From assembly GCA_963785235.1 (NCBI GenBank), contig CAWAUM010000001.1:160001-224000 (forward strand): a stretch of DNA of 64,000 nt, in the 5' to 3' direction. The position numbers and the translations under genes were made by a program. Source of the stretch: an uncultured delta proteobacterium (GTDB taxonomy: Bacteria > Desulfobacterota > Desulfomonilia > UBA1062). Position 1 is the stretch's first letter, and each line of letters begins with the position of its first letter. A model generated the notes under the pieces. It did not search any database, was not told the DNA's origin, and worked only from the letters and a program-made list of their open reading frames with translations. Below are positions 62,900-64,000 of the stretch, piece by piece.

Positions 62900-62928
62900 G
62901 ATATACGATCAGTAATCGTATTTGTCAA
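62900..62928 (-). promoter_or_regulatory. TA promoter with operator palindrome
   Basis: TTGACA-N17-TATATC ending 7 nt before ATG 62892; perfect ATACGAT-N5-ATCGTAT at 62903-62921. Confidence 0.7.
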
Positions 62929-62962
62929 CAGATAACTTGAAATTAGTAAAGTGTCCGCCTGA

Positions 62963-64000
62963 CTATGGCTTGTTCACGCACAAGCCGAGACAATCTTCAG
63001 CTGCCTCCTTGAGCAGCTCTGCCATGGTGGGGTGGGGGTAATGGGGCTTGATGAAGTCCTCCATATGGAATCCTTTTTCAATGGCCAGTGTTGCCCATGA
63101 GATGAGTTCTGTTGCATGAGGGGCCATGATGGTCACCCGCTCCATCTTCCCTTCAGGGCTGCAATACACGGTTGCGAATCCCTCCGAGGCCTCCATGGTC
63201 CGAGCCCTGCCCAGGGCGGATACGGGGAAGGTGCCTTTTTTTACAAGCAGAGGATTCACCTGTTTGCCGACCGAGGCTATCTCGGGGTTTGTAAAGACAA
63301 TTGATGGTATGGCTGAATAGTCCATAGTCTGGGAGCCGCCTGTAATGCTGTCCACAGCAACGAAAGCCTCTTTTGATGCGACATAGGCATACATGTGTGA
63401 GCCGGTCACATCCCCGATGGCATAGATGCCCGGGATGTTCGTACGCATGGAGCTGTCTACCCGGATGCCTCTTGATGGGGTAAGCGTAAGACCTTCAGCG
63501 TGCAGTCCTTCCGGGATGACCGGCTCCCTGCCGATGCAGAGCAACAGGCCTTCTGCTGTTACGGTTTCAATCCCGCCCGGTGATTCTACCAATAATTTGA
63601 ATGCGGGGCTCTTTTCCATGGCTGTTATTCTCGCTGATGTGATGAACCGCACATTCCTGTATTGTGATACAAGCGCTCTGGAAACCTCTTCATCTTCGGT
63701 GGCAAGGATCCTGTCAAGTGCCTCGATAACCGTAACCTCAGCGCCAAGGTTCGAAAATACGTGGGCCATCTCCATGCCGATCACTCCTGCGCCGACAATG
63801 AGGAGAGAGGAAGGGAGCTGCCTCATATCAAAGATCTCATCACTTGTCAGGACCCCGTCATGCCTGAACAGGCCGGGCCTTTTCGGGCAAGAACCGGTAG
63901 CAATAATGATTGCAGCAGCATACAATTTGATCATCCCCGATTTGAATGGAATTCTCTGTCAGGAACCCGGCATATCCCCTATAGATCTCTACTCCGGCTT
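62963..64000 (-). CDS. lpdA: Dihydrolipoamide dehydrogenase (5' part outside window; frameshift near 63926)
   Basis: IIATGS, GAGVIGMEMA, YAIGDV, IPSIVFTNPEIASVG, HPTMAE; upstream frame reads AGVEIYRGYAGFLTENSIQIGDD. Confidence 0.85.

Overview
64-kb bacterial chromosomal segment, most consistent with a flagellated Desulfobacterota ('deltaproteobacterial') genome (inferred from gene order and families). Left to right: (1) minus-strand flagellar export/chemotaxis operon (flhB-flhA-flhF-flhG-fliA-cheY-fliL-HEAT protein); (2) a ~40-kb plus-strand surface-polysaccharide region (7.5-47.8 kb) in which a GC-richer scaffold (WbpE/WbpB-WbpD-like enzymes, nucleotide-sugar dehydrogenase, SLBB exporter, YjbH/GfcD, ThDP E1 alpha/beta pair, aminotransferases, GNVR-Wzz, CapD) carries two AT-richer cassettes, each with its own flippase(s), polymerase and glycosyltransferases; (3) tadA, two tRNA-Ser, SRP RNA, dnaX, P1 peptidase, tRNA-Met; (4) dispersed PEP-CTERM system parts plus GH57 and rsmE; (5) map-hisG-hisI, a Y1/HUH (RAYT-like) gene bounded by perfect 19-bp inverted repeats next to a VapBC-type pair, and partial lpdA. 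About 25-30 single-base frameshifts (also in hisI and lpdA) point to long-read consensus errors rather than real decay. Best leads: the HUH/inverted-repeat/TA cassette, a 150-bp MITE, an orphan ThDP E1 pair in the glycan locus and a minimal group-4-capsule-like module with a GfcA/YjbE-like small protein. All family assignments come from motif recognition, not database searches.
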